Shown here: positions 25,189-35,218 of the stretch, in pieces | How positions within the stretch are numbered: position 1 is the stretch's first letter | Layout of the letters: the number at the start of each line of letters is the position of its first letter | IMG/VR virus record: IMGVR_UViG_3300021255_004000 | Coordinates: 96,001 to 160,000 of that record | DNA from: a virus | Lineage: Duplodnaviria; Caudoviricetes | Length of the DNA stretch: 64,000 bases | Reading direction: 5' to 3' (one strand) | The notes under the pieces: generated by a model | Told to the model about the DNA's origin: nothing | Database searches by the model: none | The model's input: only the letters and a program-made list of their open reading frames with translations | Made by a program: the position numbers and the translations under genes

Positions 25189-25887
25189 CTAACATTTGAA
25201 TACATAAATACCGAACTCTTTAAGATGCTTTGCACCTTCAGGTAAGCGGTCATATTCATTATGATAGAACACATATTTGATACCTGCCTGTGCAATCATT
25301 TTAGCGCAACCTGGGCAAGGACAAGTTGAACAGTACAAAGTCAAGTCATCATAACTGTCCATTGAACTGTTCTTACCAAGTTCAAGAACAGCGTTCATTT
25401 CTGCGTGAACTTCATAAGCTTCTGAAAACTCGTGATGTCTTGTACTATAGTCTTTCTTAAGGCGGTCCATAGGAGTAAATACTTCATTACAGTTTTTGAA
25501 GCCTGAAGGAGTACCATTGAGACCTGTGGAAACAATTCGTCCGTTCTTTTCAATAACGCAACAAACCTTAAGGCGTGTACATTTTGAAAGCTGCTTCAAT
25601 GACTCAGTAACACCAAGGAAAGCTTTTGCCTGACGAAGATTTATTGTAATCTTTGCACCAAGGTCTTTATCGCTGTCAACTCTTCCAATAATGTTTGCTT
25701 CAGGCAGCGCATCAATCAACATTGAAACAGTTGCCAAATCATCGGTGAAGTCATAAACAACATCATCGTTTTCTTTGTGACGAATCCAAACTTCAACATC
25801 GGTTATGTCGTTAAACTCTTTGAAGTTATCACGATTAACTTTGTCGTCTCGTAAGTTTGATCTGTAGAATACCAAGTTCTGAATCAT
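25189..25887 (-). CDS. dCMP deaminase with N-terminal extension
   Basis: SKCTRLKV, GLNGTPSG, HAEMNA, PCPGCAK. Confidence 0.92.
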   Translation of the reverse strand: MIQNLVFYRSNLRDDKVNRDNFKEFNDITDVEVWIRHKENDDVVYDFTDDLATVSMLIDALPEANIIGRVDSDKDLGAKITINLRQAKAFLGVTESLKQLSKCTRLKVCCVIEKNGRIVSTGLNGTPSGFKNCNEVFTPMDRLKKDYSTRHHEFSEAYEVHAEMNAVLELGKNSSMDSYDDLTLYCSTCPCPGCAKMIAQAGIKYVFYHNEYDRLPEGAKHLKEFGIYVFKC

Positions 25888-26102
25888 TTCTGCAACTCCT
25901 TAATTTTTGCTGCTGAGCAACCTGTAAGATCTTTTAATGTTGCAGGTGCCCGTCTTATCCAATGTTTACCTGTCTTATCAACTGCACCAAAATAGGTTGA
26001 GCCCATAAGACGGAAACGAATAAGAGTCGGATATTTTGCAACGCCACTTTCAAGCTGCTTAAAGTTTTCCCAAGCTTTTGGGATTTCATTCGGATTCAAC
26101 AT
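25884..26102 (-). CDS. hypothetical protein, apparently leaderless
   Basis: GTTAATAT 6 nt before ATG. Confidence 0.6.
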   Translation of the reverse strand: MLNPNEIPKAWENFKQLESGVAKYPTLIRFRLMGSTYFGAVDKTGKHWIRRAPATLKDLTGCSAAKIKELQK

Positions 26103-26151
26103 AATTGTATATTAACACCACTCAAAGCCAATTTCTGCTCGAACGAAGTTT

Positions 26152-26721
26152 TTAATAAGATGCTGTTTCATCGTTCCTCCATACATTTGTTACTTGACAC
26201 CTTTCAATTTTCATAACATCAAGATTTCTGAACTGAAAGTTTTTTGAATTGAGAATGTCAAATATATGATCGCCGGTCTTTTCGTAAAGTTCACGAACAA
26301 GTCTTCCATAAAAGCCGTGGCCAATAACAACAACATTTTCTGGGCTGCTTGCATTGATGTCAATAAGAGCATTATTCCATCGGTCAACAATATCAGTGAA
26401 ACGAAGATAAACTTTTTGATTGAAGGTTTCTTCATCGATCTCCCAAAACTTCAAGCCTGACTCAGCAAGTTCACTTATATCAAACTCAGCAAGATCAGGA
26501 AGAACAGTGTACTCTTTCCCAGGGAACAAAGCTTCTGCAGTTTGCTTACATCTTTTTGCAGGAGATACGAACAACTTAAAATCTCTAGGAAGATGACACC
26601 CAACATACCACTTCCATTTGTCAACATCGAAGTTGATTATGCTTTGATTGTCATAATCTTTGACAATTTCTCCTGCGACATTTGCTGCTGTGGGTGCGTG
26701 TCTAATGTAATAAAGTGTCAT
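26152..26721 (-). CDS. histidine phosphatase family protein
   Basis: IRHAPT, SPAKRCKQTA, LAE, VIGHG. Confidence 0.88.
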   Translation of the reverse strand: MTLYYIRHAPTAANVAGEIVKDYDNQSIINFDVDKWKWYVGCHLPRDFKLFVSPAKRCKQTAEALFPGKEYTVLPDLAEFDISELAESGLKFWEIDEETFNQKVYLRFTDIVDRWNNALIDINASSPENVVVIGHGFYGRLVRELYEKTGDHIFDILNSKNFQFRNLDVMKIERCQVTNVWRNDETASY

Positions 26722-26724
26722 ATA

Positions 26725-27063
26725 TTACCTCGGGCTGTGACATTCCAGTCCTCCTATTGCAGAACCTTTATGTCGAACAACTTTAGTTTCATATTCTTTC
26801 AAAACGCCGTTACCTTCGGCGTGAAGGACATAATTGTAAATCCTACTTAAAACTTCGTTTTTGTCTTTAACTCCTCGAATGTTATCCAACAGACGTGGCT
26901 CGTGAACCATTGTTAAGTGGTCAATAAAAACATAAGCAGATTGACCTCCATTAACCGCTTTAACAATTTCGGGAAGATGTTTCTGTAATTCCTGCAAAGA
27001 AACAGAAGCTTCAATGTTGCTCGGCCTCTGTCTTTTTGCTTCGTGTATTGTAATTAAAGCCAT
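26725..27063 (-). CDS. hypothetical protein
   Basis: Coupled ORF. Confidence 0.65.
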   Translation of the reverse strand: MALITIHEAKRQRPSNIEASVSLQELQKHLPEIVKAVNGGQSAYVFIDHLTMVHEPRLLDNIRGVKDKNEVLSRIYNYVLHAEGNGVLKEYETKVVRHKGSAIGGLECHSPR

Positions 27064-27512
27064 TACTTATTCAAAACTTCACGGATGTACCAGCGACCAA
27101 GTTCAGTCAAGTCCCATTTGCGAGTTTTTGCAGAGTATGAAATCAACTTGCCCTGATGAAGAGCAGAATAAACGCAGCAGTTCTGACCGCGAAGTGGATG
27201 TCCTTTTTCAAGATGATCCCAGTTCCAATCAGGATGGCGAGTCTTACAAGCAGCAATCCAATTATTGTGACGACGAACCGCGGCTTCTTCATCAATTCCA
27301 AAAGCGCGAACCAATGTTTCAATTTTCTTTGATGGTCCGTTTGCTTCAAGGTCACGAAGAACGATTGCATACTGAGAATCTTTCTTTCCTTTTCCCAGTG
27401 TATAGCCATTCTGTGAATTGCGGTTTACAACCTCAAAAGGAACTGCTTTTGCTCCGTTAAGATAATATGATTTCAACTGATCTTCTGAAAGACATTCCAA
27501 CAATCTTCTCAT
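27063..27512 (-). CDS. hypothetical protein, possible winged-helix C-terminus
   Basis: Start moved to MRRLL; WDLTELGR. Confidence 0.6.
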   Translation of the reverse strand: MRRLLECLSEDQLKSYYLNGAKAVPFEVVNRNSQNGYTLGKGKKDSQYAIVLRDLEANGPSKKIETLVRAFGIDEEAAVRRHNNWIAACKTRHPDWNWDHLEKGHPLRGQNCCVYSALHQGKLISYSAKTRKWDLTELGRWYIREVLNK

Positions 27513-27522
27513 AATGTTACTC

Positions 27523-27861
27523 CTACCAAATATATTTTCCGTTAACATAACGGATTTTGCCTTCACTGATTGAACCATTGATAAGCTGTGCAGCGTACTT
27601 TACAATCTTTCTGCGAAGAACTGCATCCTGCTTGTCAGTAAGAAACTTTTTGTATTTGTACTGCTTTGCAAGAGATGAAAGAAAACGAGCATCAGAACCT
27701 GTAAAGCCAATCCCATTGTAGCGGTTTGTTGACTCAGTTCTCTGCTCGTCAAATGTCTGATTTTCAAAAATGCGGAGTAAAGCCCGTACACGAACATCCT
27801 TGCGTGTTTCAAGATTGATCTTCATCTGTGTTATAAGTTGGGCTCTAGAAGTATATTCCAT
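27523..27861 (-). CDS. conserved early phage protein
   Basis: QT.DEQ..NGIGF..D..LSS.A..LTDKQ pattern; first gene under early promoter. Confidence 0.75.
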   Translation of the reverse strand: MEYTSRAQLITQMKINLETRKDVRVRALLRIFENQTFDEQRTESTNRYNGIGFTGSDARFLSSLAKQYKYKKFLTDKQDAVLRRKIVKYAAQLINGSISEGKIRYVNGKYIW

Positions 27862-27895
27862 AAATTGCTCCTTTTATCAGGTTTGTTACGATAAT

Positions 27896-27924
27896 AATAT
27901 AAAAGAAGCAATTAAAAAGTTCAA
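27896..27924 (-). promoter_or_regulatory. early promoter copy 5
   Basis: TTGAAC-17-TATATT. Confidence 0.85.
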
Positions 27925-28127
27925 TTTTTTACGCCAATTTTTTGTAAAAATAAATCTTTTGGGATAGGCATTTCATATTCAATGCCATTTACATCACGAC
28001 AGCGAGTAACTTCCCAAACTCCTGTTGTGTCGTCTGCTGACCAAATTGAAACAATGTGGTCAACATTAACATCATTAGGTTTTCTTGTTTGTCGATTGAT
28101 AAGACTTATGAACATAATTCTCTCCAT
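27921..28127 (-). CDS. hypothetical protein
   Basis: ORF in operon. Confidence 0.55.
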   Translation of the reverse strand: MERIMFISLINRQTRKPNDVNVDHIVSIWSADDTTGVWEVTRCRDVNGIEYEMPIPKDLFLQKIGVKN

Positions 28128-28834
28128 CGTGTTTGCAATAATCGTGTGTATATGTCAACTGGGATTCCATATCTGCCTAACGAAAATCCATCATTAACTT
28201 CGATTAAAGCTGTTTCTCCTGTATGTAAAACACCAACATCTAATGCATAAGCAGACGGCGCATCAACGAAATCTTTCGCCATCTGTTCAACAACTTTCAT
28301 ATCAGGAAGTGTTCCGTCTTTCCCAGGAGCTGCATACATTCCCATTACTTTGCCGTTTATTACAGGACAACGATACTCACTTATGAATATAACAGGCTCG
28401 CTGCACCAAAGCTTTGTTTGATTTCCTGCACCATTTACATATTGCAAGTCATCAATCATTGAGCAAACAAATCCTGTGAAGCGTTTCAACTTATCCTTCG
28501 GCTTAATGAACCAATCAAGAGTCCCATCTTTGCTGTCATACATAAGGTTACGAACTTCTTTCATCGTTGAAGTCCATACTTTACGATGTAAGTACTTTTG
28601 CAAACTTTCTGGATAATCATTATAATGATATTCAATTCCAAGTTGGTTCATTGCACTCAACATTACAGGAATTTCACCCATAATGAAGTCGCCTTTATCA
28701 ATCTTAAACTTTCTTTGCATAAGATGCTTTTTGTAAAAAGGCGTTACATTTTGAAAACCAAGTTTATGTGCAACTTCCCATTCTTCATCGTCAAATCTTG
28801 AATGGTCATTAAGCTGAATATAATTCATTAACAA
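28106..28834 (-). CDS. ATP-grasp protein (DUF4343/R2K-like)
   Basis: DYPESL..YLHR, FIKP...KRFTG, SEYR, YALDVG, LIEVNDGFSLG. Confidence 0.88.
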   Translation of the reverse strand: MLMNYIQLNDHSRFDDEEWEVAHKLGFQNVTPFYKKHLMQRKFKIDKGDFIMGEIPVMLSAMNQLGIEYHYNDYPESLQKYLHRKVWTSTMKEVRNLMYDSKDGTLDWFIKPKDKLKRFTGFVCSMIDDLQYVNGAGNQTKLWCSEPVIFISEYRCPVINGKVMGMYAAPGKDGTLPDMKVVEQMAKDFVDAPSAYALDVGVLHTGETALIEVNDGFSLGRYGIPVDIYTRLLQTRWRELCS

Positions 28835-29229
28835 TATCCTTGCATTGCGTGATGCAATGTTGCTATAAGTTGAGGATCCGAAACTTTTATGTTTACTTCT
28901 GCTTCAGGTCCTGGCGGTGCTATTTGAAAGCCGTGAATGTTTAAGTCATTGTTCATCATTTGATTTATAGAAGTAACCATCCATCCATTTGGATTTCTTT
29001 CCAATGTTTTTGCTATGTAATCATTTGTATAAGCCATTCTTTGAATAGCACCGCCAACGCCAAAGCTAGGACCAGACTGTTGTGCTATCATATCAGCGAA
29101 GTCTTCTCTTGTAAGAGACTTATTAACAGAAGCTTCTTCTAATTCTTTTTGTCTTTGGTATTCATCGAGAATGGTGTCCTCTTCTTCCCATTCATCTTTA
29201 TCGTCAATCTTGTTTGGCTTCTTCACCAA
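28828..29229 (-). CDS. hypothetical protein
   Basis: GGAGG RBS. Confidence 0.6.
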   Translation of the reverse strand: MVKKPNKIDDKDEWEEEDTILDEYQRQKELEEASVNKSLTREDFADMIAQQSGPSFGVGGAIQRMAYTNDYIAKTLERNPNGWMVTSINQMMNNDLNIHGFQIAPPGPEAEVNIKVSDPQLIATLHHAMQGYC

Positions 29230-29905
29230 AAACCTCCGACTTTGTTTTATGTCTTCCGCAGCATTTTGCTTCTGTACAATAGCCTACTGCATCACACTTA
29301 GGAACAAAGAGTTCTTTACAAATGATTTCCCATTCAGGAGAGTATTCCATAAGAGCTTTCTTCAACATATTTGCAAACTCACGGATTTCCCAGTATGCGC
29401 GTGAACAAAGCCGCATATTCATAAAGTTAATTAAAGTTCTTAAGTTCACTTTCCAAATCATTTTCGACTGATAAGCAAGCGGAAGCAGGTTGGTATAATC
29501 TTCTTTAGGAATGCCCAAAGCTTTCAACGCACCCATAGCCATTTTGATGTCACTCATAGCTTTACACCAAACTTCCATTGCTTCATTGTTGTTTGAAATA
29601 GAAGGAGGAGTGATAACTTCAAATCCTTTTTCATAGTCGATATAACGGGTTGACGCCTGCATACGAGTTGGAGAACCGCCAATGTGAGTGTAAAGTTCAC
29701 GCATCATTTTTGCTGACCAGCCGTCAATTACAAGATAGACATCAGGAAGTTCTTCTACACGACCGTGACCACTTTTAATGCAGTCAAGAGCACGAACGAC
29801 ATTTCTGTCTTTATCAAGTTTGGCTCCCCAGCACACGCCAGCATTAAAGCCTATACAGTTCAATGGATCTTTCATAGTCCAGTCTTTAATCTCTATTGTC
29901 TTCAT
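29204..29905 (-). CDS. thyX: FAD-dependent thymidylate synthase
   Basis: SGH..VEE, RELYTH...QASTRY, EDYTNLLP, NLRTL..F..MRLC.RA.WEIR. Confidence 0.9.
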   Translation of the reverse strand: MKTIEIKDWTMKDPLNCIGFNAGVCWGAKLDKDRNVVRALDCIKSGHGRVEELPDVYLVIDGWSAKMMRELYTHIGGSPTRMQASTRYIDYEKGFEVITPPSISNNNEAMEVWCKAMSDIKMAMGALKALGIPKEDYTNLLPLAYQSKMIWKVNLRTLINFMNMRLCSRAYWEIREFANMLKKALMEYSPEWEIICKELFVPKCDAVGYCTEAKCCGRHKTKSEVFGEEAKQD

Positions 29906-29918
29906 ATATTGATATTAA

Positions 29919-29951
29919 CAAAAAATCCTTCAGTAAAAACTGAAGGATTTC
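29919..29951 (-). terminator. intrinsic terminator
   Basis: aaatccttcag/ctgaaggattt with T tract on minus strand. Confidence 0.8.
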
Positions 29952-29969
29952 TCAAATATAATTTTTATG

Positions 29970-31439
29970 TTAGTTATCTGCTAAGTTGTCTTCTCGTAAG
30001 TCAACAAGTTCTTGTGCGATTTGTTTAGAGTATCCTGTCATTTCAGCAATTCCATCAACATCACCTTTTCGTATCAACTCACGAACTTTTGTACCTGAAA
30101 CTGCTCCTTCGCCTCTATCAGTAAGAACCATCTTCTCAGGAAATGTTGTTGTCGGGTCAGTGTCAAAATCTTTATTCTTAGAGAACAAATCAGCACGGTC
30201 AGGACCTACAATGTAAACAGGACGAATCTTTGGTCCAAACATATTATATGCTTCCCAAATAAGTCCTTTAACTGTAATGGCAGGCATTCCTGTTTTCAGT
30301 ATAACTGCTTTACCTTCAAGGCCTTCTTGCTTCAAATATGCATCACATATTTCAGCTCTTTGCTCTGTTGTGTACATTTCTCTGTCATCATCAAAAGGCT
30401 TTCCACTTCTTGGGATACCAATTAAGAACTTGTTACAGCCCTTTTCTCTAAAAGCAGAGATCATTCTACCGTGGCCTTTAGGTCCTGTAAACGGAGCAAA
30501 ATGTCCAAACAATAAACCAACAAGTTCAGTGTCTGGGCCAATTTTACCAACTAAAATGTCTTTACCATTAACATCAATCTTATTGAGACCAGTCTGTAAG
30601 TTGTTTAAGTCAGGAGCAGAAGCTGTTGTTTTCTTTTTAGTGTTATGTTCAGCAAATGCTTTCTTAAACTCTCTTGATGTCATCTTAAATGCAAAGTCAA
30701 TTCCTTTACAGATGGCAACAAGACCTTCATAGAAAACGCTATAACTTGAGTCAGGAATCTCATCAAGGAATCTGTTCTGCAGCTGCTCTTGTGCAATTCT
30801 TGCATTTTCTTTTGTAGGATTTGCAATATAAGGAGCAATAATGTCACTTGTGTCAAATGGCTTATAGTGAATAGTTGTTGCTGACATTGGCTTTGTAATA
30901 AATGTAGGACTGTCAATTAAAGAGCATATTGCGTCTATCAATGTTTCTTGTGATGGGAGCTTTTGTAAGTCGGCGCCCATAACACTAACAACAAAACATC
31001 CGCCATCAGAGCCAAAAGCCTCTTTCTTGTAAGGCACAAGATTGATTCTGATTGCATCAGCATCTCTTGAGCGGGCAACCAAAACCATCTCAATCTGAAT
31101 CTTAATTAAAGACTGATTGTACTCTTTTCTTAAAGAGTCAACGAAATCAATAAAGTCGGGTTTGTCAAAAATCTCAAAATATAATAATGAAATACCTTGA
31201 GCGTTTTCTTTATATATTCTTTCGTCAAAACCAAATCTTTCAAAGAAAAGTTGACCATCATAACCAACCAAGATTGTTGCGCCGTCAATTTTTTCAGAGA
31301 TTGAAATAATGTCTTCTGACACAGTGCAGTCATTATCATAAATATAATTTGCTACTGCATCAAAAGCTGAAGGACGCATCTGTGATGGCTTATTGTCATT
31401 GAAAAGATGTGGAAGATGTGATTTGCCTTCTAATGCCAT
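29970..31439 (-). CDS. ligase-like nucleotidyltransferase domain fused to HIGH-type cytidylyltransferase-like domain
   Basis: SEKIDG, YEGLV, FKM (ligase motifs I, IV, V); GHFAPFT...GH, GPDR, SGTKVRE. Confidence 0.7.
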   Translation of the reverse strand: MALEGKSHLPHLFNDNKPSQMRPSAFDAVANYIYDNDCTVSEDIISISEKIDGATILVGYDGQLFFERFGFDERIYKENAQGISLLYFEIFDKPDFIDFVDSLRKEYNQSLIKIQIEMVLVARSRDADAIRINLVPYKKEAFGSDGGCFVVSVMGADLQKLPSQETLIDAICSLIDSPTFITKPMSATTIHYKPFDTSDIIAPYIANPTKENARIAQEQLQNRFLDEIPDSSYSVFYEGLVAICKGIDFAFKMTSREFKKAFAEHNTKKKTTASAPDLNNLQTGLNKIDVNGKDILVGKIGPDTELVGLLFGHFAPFTGPKGHGRMISAFREKGCNKFLIGIPRSGKPFDDDREMYTTEQRAEICDAYLKQEGLEGKAVILKTGMPAITVKGLIWEAYNMFGPKIRPVYIVGPDRADLFSKNKDFDTDPTTTFPEKMVLTDRGEGAVSGTKVRELIRKGDVDGIAEMTGYSKQIAQELVDLREDNLADN

Positions 31440-32665
31440 TATTCTCCTCCAGTTCCGCCTTCATCAGTGATTTCAGCATCTCTTTGTCTGTTTACATAAG
31501 TTGAGTAATAGTCGACTTCTTTGTCTGCAACTTCATCACCAAACTTATCTTTCAAATATGGGAACACTTCGTAAAACTTATTTACTGCTGTTTCTTTCCA
31601 TCCCTTATCTTCGTCTTTGTCAAATGCAGACAACTTTTGAGCATAAGGTGCCCAAATTAAGTCAATGAAATAGTCAAATACTCTGCAGATTTCTTCTTTT
31701 GTAAAGTTTTCTTCCATCAAAGAAAGTGTTCTTACAAATGAATACAACTTTTTCTTTTCTTCTTCTGATTTTGGAGGACGATGGAAGAACAGTTCAAAAA
31801 TCTTATCAACATCAGTTGTATATTCAGATTCTTTTGTTGGCTGCTTATAAACCTTCTTAAGTCCTGTCTCTTCATCAACTGCTTCTGTACCATCATCATT
31901 TAACCAAGGCTTTAATTTATTGCGAACACCTTTATCTACTGAGAATGCAATAGATGATGGGTTAAGGATTTTCTCACCGTGCGAAGTTACCGGTCTGCCT
32001 GTTTTAGGTGATACTTCAATAGTGCCTTCTGTTTTGTTACAGTGAGCAATAGCACGCAAAAGATACTTAATGAATAAGCCCTTTACATTATTCTCAAGAT
32101 CTTCCCAAGAAGAGTAGTGTGCGAATGTTGCAAACTCTGTAGGGTGTCCATTTTCATAAGGAACATACTCCCAATCAACCTGCATATATTCAGCACCAAC
32201 GCCTTTATACTTATTTTGATTTGCAATGACCAAAGAGTGGTCCTGGGCGAAATTAGATGTGTTTCCATAAATAGTAAAATCACCAATTGGCTGATTAACT
32301 AAAGATCTTGTAAACTCACCCCACTGTTCGTGAATCTTTTCATCAACTTGAATGTCGAAGTCTCCAACCTTCTTTTTATACTCAGCGTATGTTGCAAAAG
32401 GCTTCTGGAAAAATGTTCTTGATGAACCAGAGAAACAATTTCCTGATTGTAAGTATGCTTCATCTTCCCAAGCAGGAAATCCATATTTTCTTTCAAACAT
32501 ATCATTTAATGTCAAAAGAAATGACATAAATTGTGTCTTAAACTCTTCAAACTGTTCAGGCGTAAACTTTGTCATCTGCAGTTTTGTTGCGCTCTTAATA
32601 CCATTAGAGCCCATAGCAGAAAGATTACCGCCTTCACGAATTGCCTTAAATAATGCTTCGTTCAC
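31439..32665 (-). CDS. Pol-beta-superfamily nucleotidyltransferase-like protein
   Basis: EGGN N-terminus, SGSS..GDFDIQVD, MQVDW. Confidence 0.65.
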   Translation of the reverse strand: MNEALFKAIREGGNLSAMGSNGIKSATKLQMTKFTPEQFEEFKTQFMSFLLTLNDMFERKYGFPAWEDEAYLQSGNCFSGSSRTFFQKPFATYAEYKKKVGDFDIQVDEKIHEQWGEFTRSLVNQPIGDFTIYGNTSNFAQDHSLVIANQNKYKGVGAEYMQVDWEYVPYENGHPTEFATFAHYSSWEDLENNVKGLFIKYLLRAIAHCNKTEGTIEVSPKTGRPVTSHGEKILNPSSIAFSVDKGVRNKLKPWLNDDGTEAVDEETGLKKVYKQPTKESEYTTDVDKIFELFFHRPPKSEEEKKKLYSFVRTLSLMEENFTKEEICRVFDYFIDLIWAPYAQKLSAFDKDEDKGWKETAVNKFYEVFPYLKDKFGDEVADKEVDYYSTYVNRQRDAEITDEGGTGGE

Positions 32666-32684
32666 TTTTCGTTACTCCTATAAT

Positions 32685-33014
32685 TTAGTCATCATCGCCC
32701 ATAAAGTCCTTTCCAATAAGAACAAACCTATCGCATATTGAACATCGAGCATAACGACATTTATAGAAGGAGTCAGTACCATCTTCATTCATTTTGCTTT
32801 CAATGACTTCTTTTATTTCTTTTTTGTTTGGGATAAGCTGTGGCTTATTGCAGACAGGACAAAACCATAATTTTTTCATCAATTCATTTAAGGCTTTAGT
32901 TGACTTCTCAACATTGCGCTGAGCGTTATCTAAAGCCTTTCTTTGATGCTTTATTTCCCGAATAAGTTTATTGTACTTATCAACGGGAGTTTCTGGAGCT
33001 TTTTTCTCACTCAT
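32685..33014 (-). CDS. coiled-coil zinc-ribbon protein
   Basis: CPVC..CSIC. Confidence 0.65.
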   Translation of the reverse strand: MSEKKAPETPVDKYNKLIREIKHQRKALDNAQRNVEKSTKALNELMKKLWFCPVCNKPQLIPNKKEIKEVIESKMNEDGTDSFYKCRYARCSICDRFVLIGKDFMGDDD

Positions 33015-33042
33015 ATGAACTCCTATTGATTAAATTAGTCTT

Positions 33043-33537
33043 TTAAGATACTTTGCCGTTTGTATCAACAAAATGGATATGAACATTTTCAGCAAAAGTT
33101 GCATCCATCATCTTCATATAGTTTTCGTGCTGATGGTCAACAACTTCATCAGGTACATTACTGCGGTCAACTTTATTTGCAAGGTCATCAGCGATGCGGT
33201 CTTTACAAAGCTGAACATTTTCTGAGTCAGTGATAAAGAAAACTTCAACATCATTGTAAGGAAACTTTTTCGCAATATCATTGATGCTTTTTGCGTGTAA
33301 GTTTGTATCAGAAATCATTACATTGTGACCGCCTGCCAAATGAGCGATCAATTCTTTGTCACGAAGCTTAATCGCTTCAAAAGTAACATTCTGATTTGAA
33401 ATATCGCCGCTTATCTTTTTGCGGAAATTATCAAGATTGAGTTCAACAGCATTAAAAGCAGAACAGTGTCTTTTTGCAAAATGTGATTTGCCACTTCCGC
33501 TGATGCCTACTGTCATATATATCTTTGGTGCGTTCAT
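33043..33537 (-). CDS. polynucleotide-kinase-like P-loop protein (AAA_33)
   Basis: GISGSGKS, D.FR, DTN, R..VPDEVV. Confidence 0.85.
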   Translation of the reverse strand: MNAPKIYMTVGISGSGKSHFAKRHCSAFNAVELNLDNFRKKISGDISNQNVTFEAIKLRDKELIAHLAGGHNVMISDTNLHAKSINDIAKKFPYNDVEVFFITDSENVQLCKDRIADDLANKVDRSNVPDEVVDHQHENYMKMMDATFAENVHIHFVDTNGKVS

Positions 33538-33908
33538 TGTTTATCTCCTTTCCAAAATCCAAGTTTTCTTAAAGTTTCTTCCATAGGAATATCATAATAA
33601 TACTTTTGCCAAGTATCATAAGCATCAAGCGGCTTGTCAGGTTTTGTGAATCTTGCGGATTCCCAGTCGATTGCTGCTTCTTCTTTGTTCGGAATATCAC
33701 GAAATGTTGAAATGCCATCAGAATATAAATGAGCGTGATGGCCTGAAAAAGTTCGATGCAGCTTTGTTGCGATATAATCACCAAACAAAGCAATGTTTAT
33801 CATTTTCCAAAAATCGTGAAAAGGGAAAGAAAGTCCCTTTTCTTTTGCAATTCTTTGAACTTCCTTTCGATGTTGAATAACATATTTGATGTCATCAATT
33901 CTTTTCAT
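33534..33908 (-). CDS. HD-like (DUF5662-type) protein
   Basis: H..HDFWK..HR...HH..IDWESARFTKPDKPL. Confidence 0.65.
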   Translation of the reverse strand: MKRIDDIKYVIQHRKEVQRIAKEKGLSFPFHDFWKMINIALFGDYIATKLHRTFSGHHAHLYSDGISTFRDIPNKEEAAIDWESARFTKPDKPLDAYDTWQKYYYDIPMEETLRKLGFWKGDKQ

Positions 33909-34128
33909 TTAATGCCTTCAGTATTTCTTCGTTCTGTTTAATAATGAGTTCCTGATTTTCAAGAATCTTTTGATCTTGATTAAAAAGAACAATTTGATTG
34001 TGATACACTGCGCCTCTGATAAGAGTGTTGCGATATTGGGATTCATCTTTTTCAGACCTGTATGTACAACTTGTAAACAATGCAAGTACTGCAACCAATG
34101 AAATAATCAAAATCTTTTTCATACGCAT
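33895..34128 (-). CDS. small lipoprotein with coiled coil
   Basis: LFTSC lipobox; NQ.KILENQELIIKQNEEILK. Confidence 0.7.
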   Translation of the reverse strand: MRMKKILIISLVAVLALFTSCTYRSEKDESQYRNTLIRGAVYHNQIVLFNQDQKILENQELIIKQNEEILKALNEKN

Positions 34129-34421
34129 CCTACCTTTGAAACAAAACTTAAATTGTCTTCGACATCAGACAAAAAGTCGGGCAGCATAACTCTTCCGTTT
34201 TTATACATATCTTCTTTTGCTCTTTGCAAATCATCAAAGAAGTCACTGTCCCAAATGTCAAGTTGAAGACAGAAATGATCTTCCTTTACACCAGGGACTT
34301 TACCGCCAAAATTGCCATACAAAGAAATCCATCTTTTGAAGTGTTTCTTTGCTTCAACTTCAACAATGTGTTTGAGTTCCTTTTCCTGCTCAGGCTTTTG
34401 GTACGCAAATCTTATCTTCAT
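34119..34421 (-). CDS. hypothetical protein
   Basis: Start moved to MKIRF. Confidence 0.6.
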   Translation of the reverse strand: MKIRFAYQKPEQEKELKHIVEVEAKKHFKRWISLYGNFGGKVPGVKEDHFCLQLDIWDSDFFDDLQRAKEDMYKNGRVMLPDFLSDVEDNLSFVSKVGCV

Positions 34422-34755
34422 TTTTAACCTTCCGTCCATATCCTGCTTTTGCCATTCGTTGCTTGTCAAAAACTGTCTTACTGTTCCAAGACTTCTCTTT
34501 CCAAGTAACAACCTTCCAATTTTTGAAATGTTCACAGTACTGAACAACCAAGTAATTGTATTCATCAAGAGCCACATTAACTGAGCCATCAGTGTTGAAA
34601 TATGCAACAAGTGGACTCTCAAACAACTGTTTTATATTAACAGGAACTCTTTCCTGAAGTCTTTCACGAGCATGCTGGGAAATGAAAAGATTGTCATAAA
34701 TCTCTTTCAATTCTGCGGAGGACAGTTCTTCTCCGCGATTTTTAATTGCAATCAT
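34390..34755 (-). CDS. hypothetical protein, possible RelE/DUF4258-like fold
   Basis: SQHARERLQER...VVTW. Confidence 0.55.
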   Translation of the reverse strand: MIAIKNRGEELSSAELKEIYDNLFISQHARERLQERVPVNIKQLFESPLVAYFNTDGSVNVALDEYNYLVVQYCEHFKNWKVVTWKEKSWNSKTVFDKQRMAKAGYGRKVKNEDKICVPKA

Positions 34756-34958
34756 TTCTTGCTCCTAAAGCGGTCATAATATTCCTTCTGCTTACGCTTA
34801 TGTCTTTTGAAACAAGCAATAATTGCGGCAACTGTTATGATGATTGCAAGAGCAATTCCTATTCCAAGTTGATTAGGATTAGCAGCGCCTTCAATAACGC
34901 ATCCAATTACCAAAGCAGTTGAAATTACACCTGCAAAATAAGGTATGATAAATCTCAT
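34752..34958 (-). CDS. small membrane protein
   Basis: Two TMs and basic tail. Confidence 0.65.
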   Translation of the reverse strand: MRFIIPYFAGVISTALVIGCVIEGAANPNQLGIGIALAIIITVAAIIACFKRHKRKQKEYYDRFRSKK

Positions 34959-35218
34959 TTATGTTTTGCCCTCCATAAGAACAGAGCACAAAGTCCTACA
35001 GAAACTGCGAACAGTGGCTCAGTTATAACCTGAACTGTTCTTGGTGTAAAGTTTTCAACACCAAAGTCCATTGCAATAAACAGAAACTTTAGAAATCCTA
35101 AAGCTCCCATAATGTAATTCACTACTTTTTGTGGTGACAACTTCTGTGTAAACCAAAAGATGTCAATCAAAGCCATTGCAAAAGCAAAAAAGAAATAAAC
35201 AATTTTCGCTACAAGCAT
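34955..35218 (-). CDS. membrane protein (3 TM)
   Basis: Hydrophobic segments, AAGGAG RBS. Confidence 0.65.
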   Translation of the reverse strand: MLVAKIVYFFFAFAMALIDIFWFTQKLSPQKVVNYIMGALGFLKFLFIAMDFGVENFTPRTVQVITEPLFAVSVGLCALFLWRAKHK

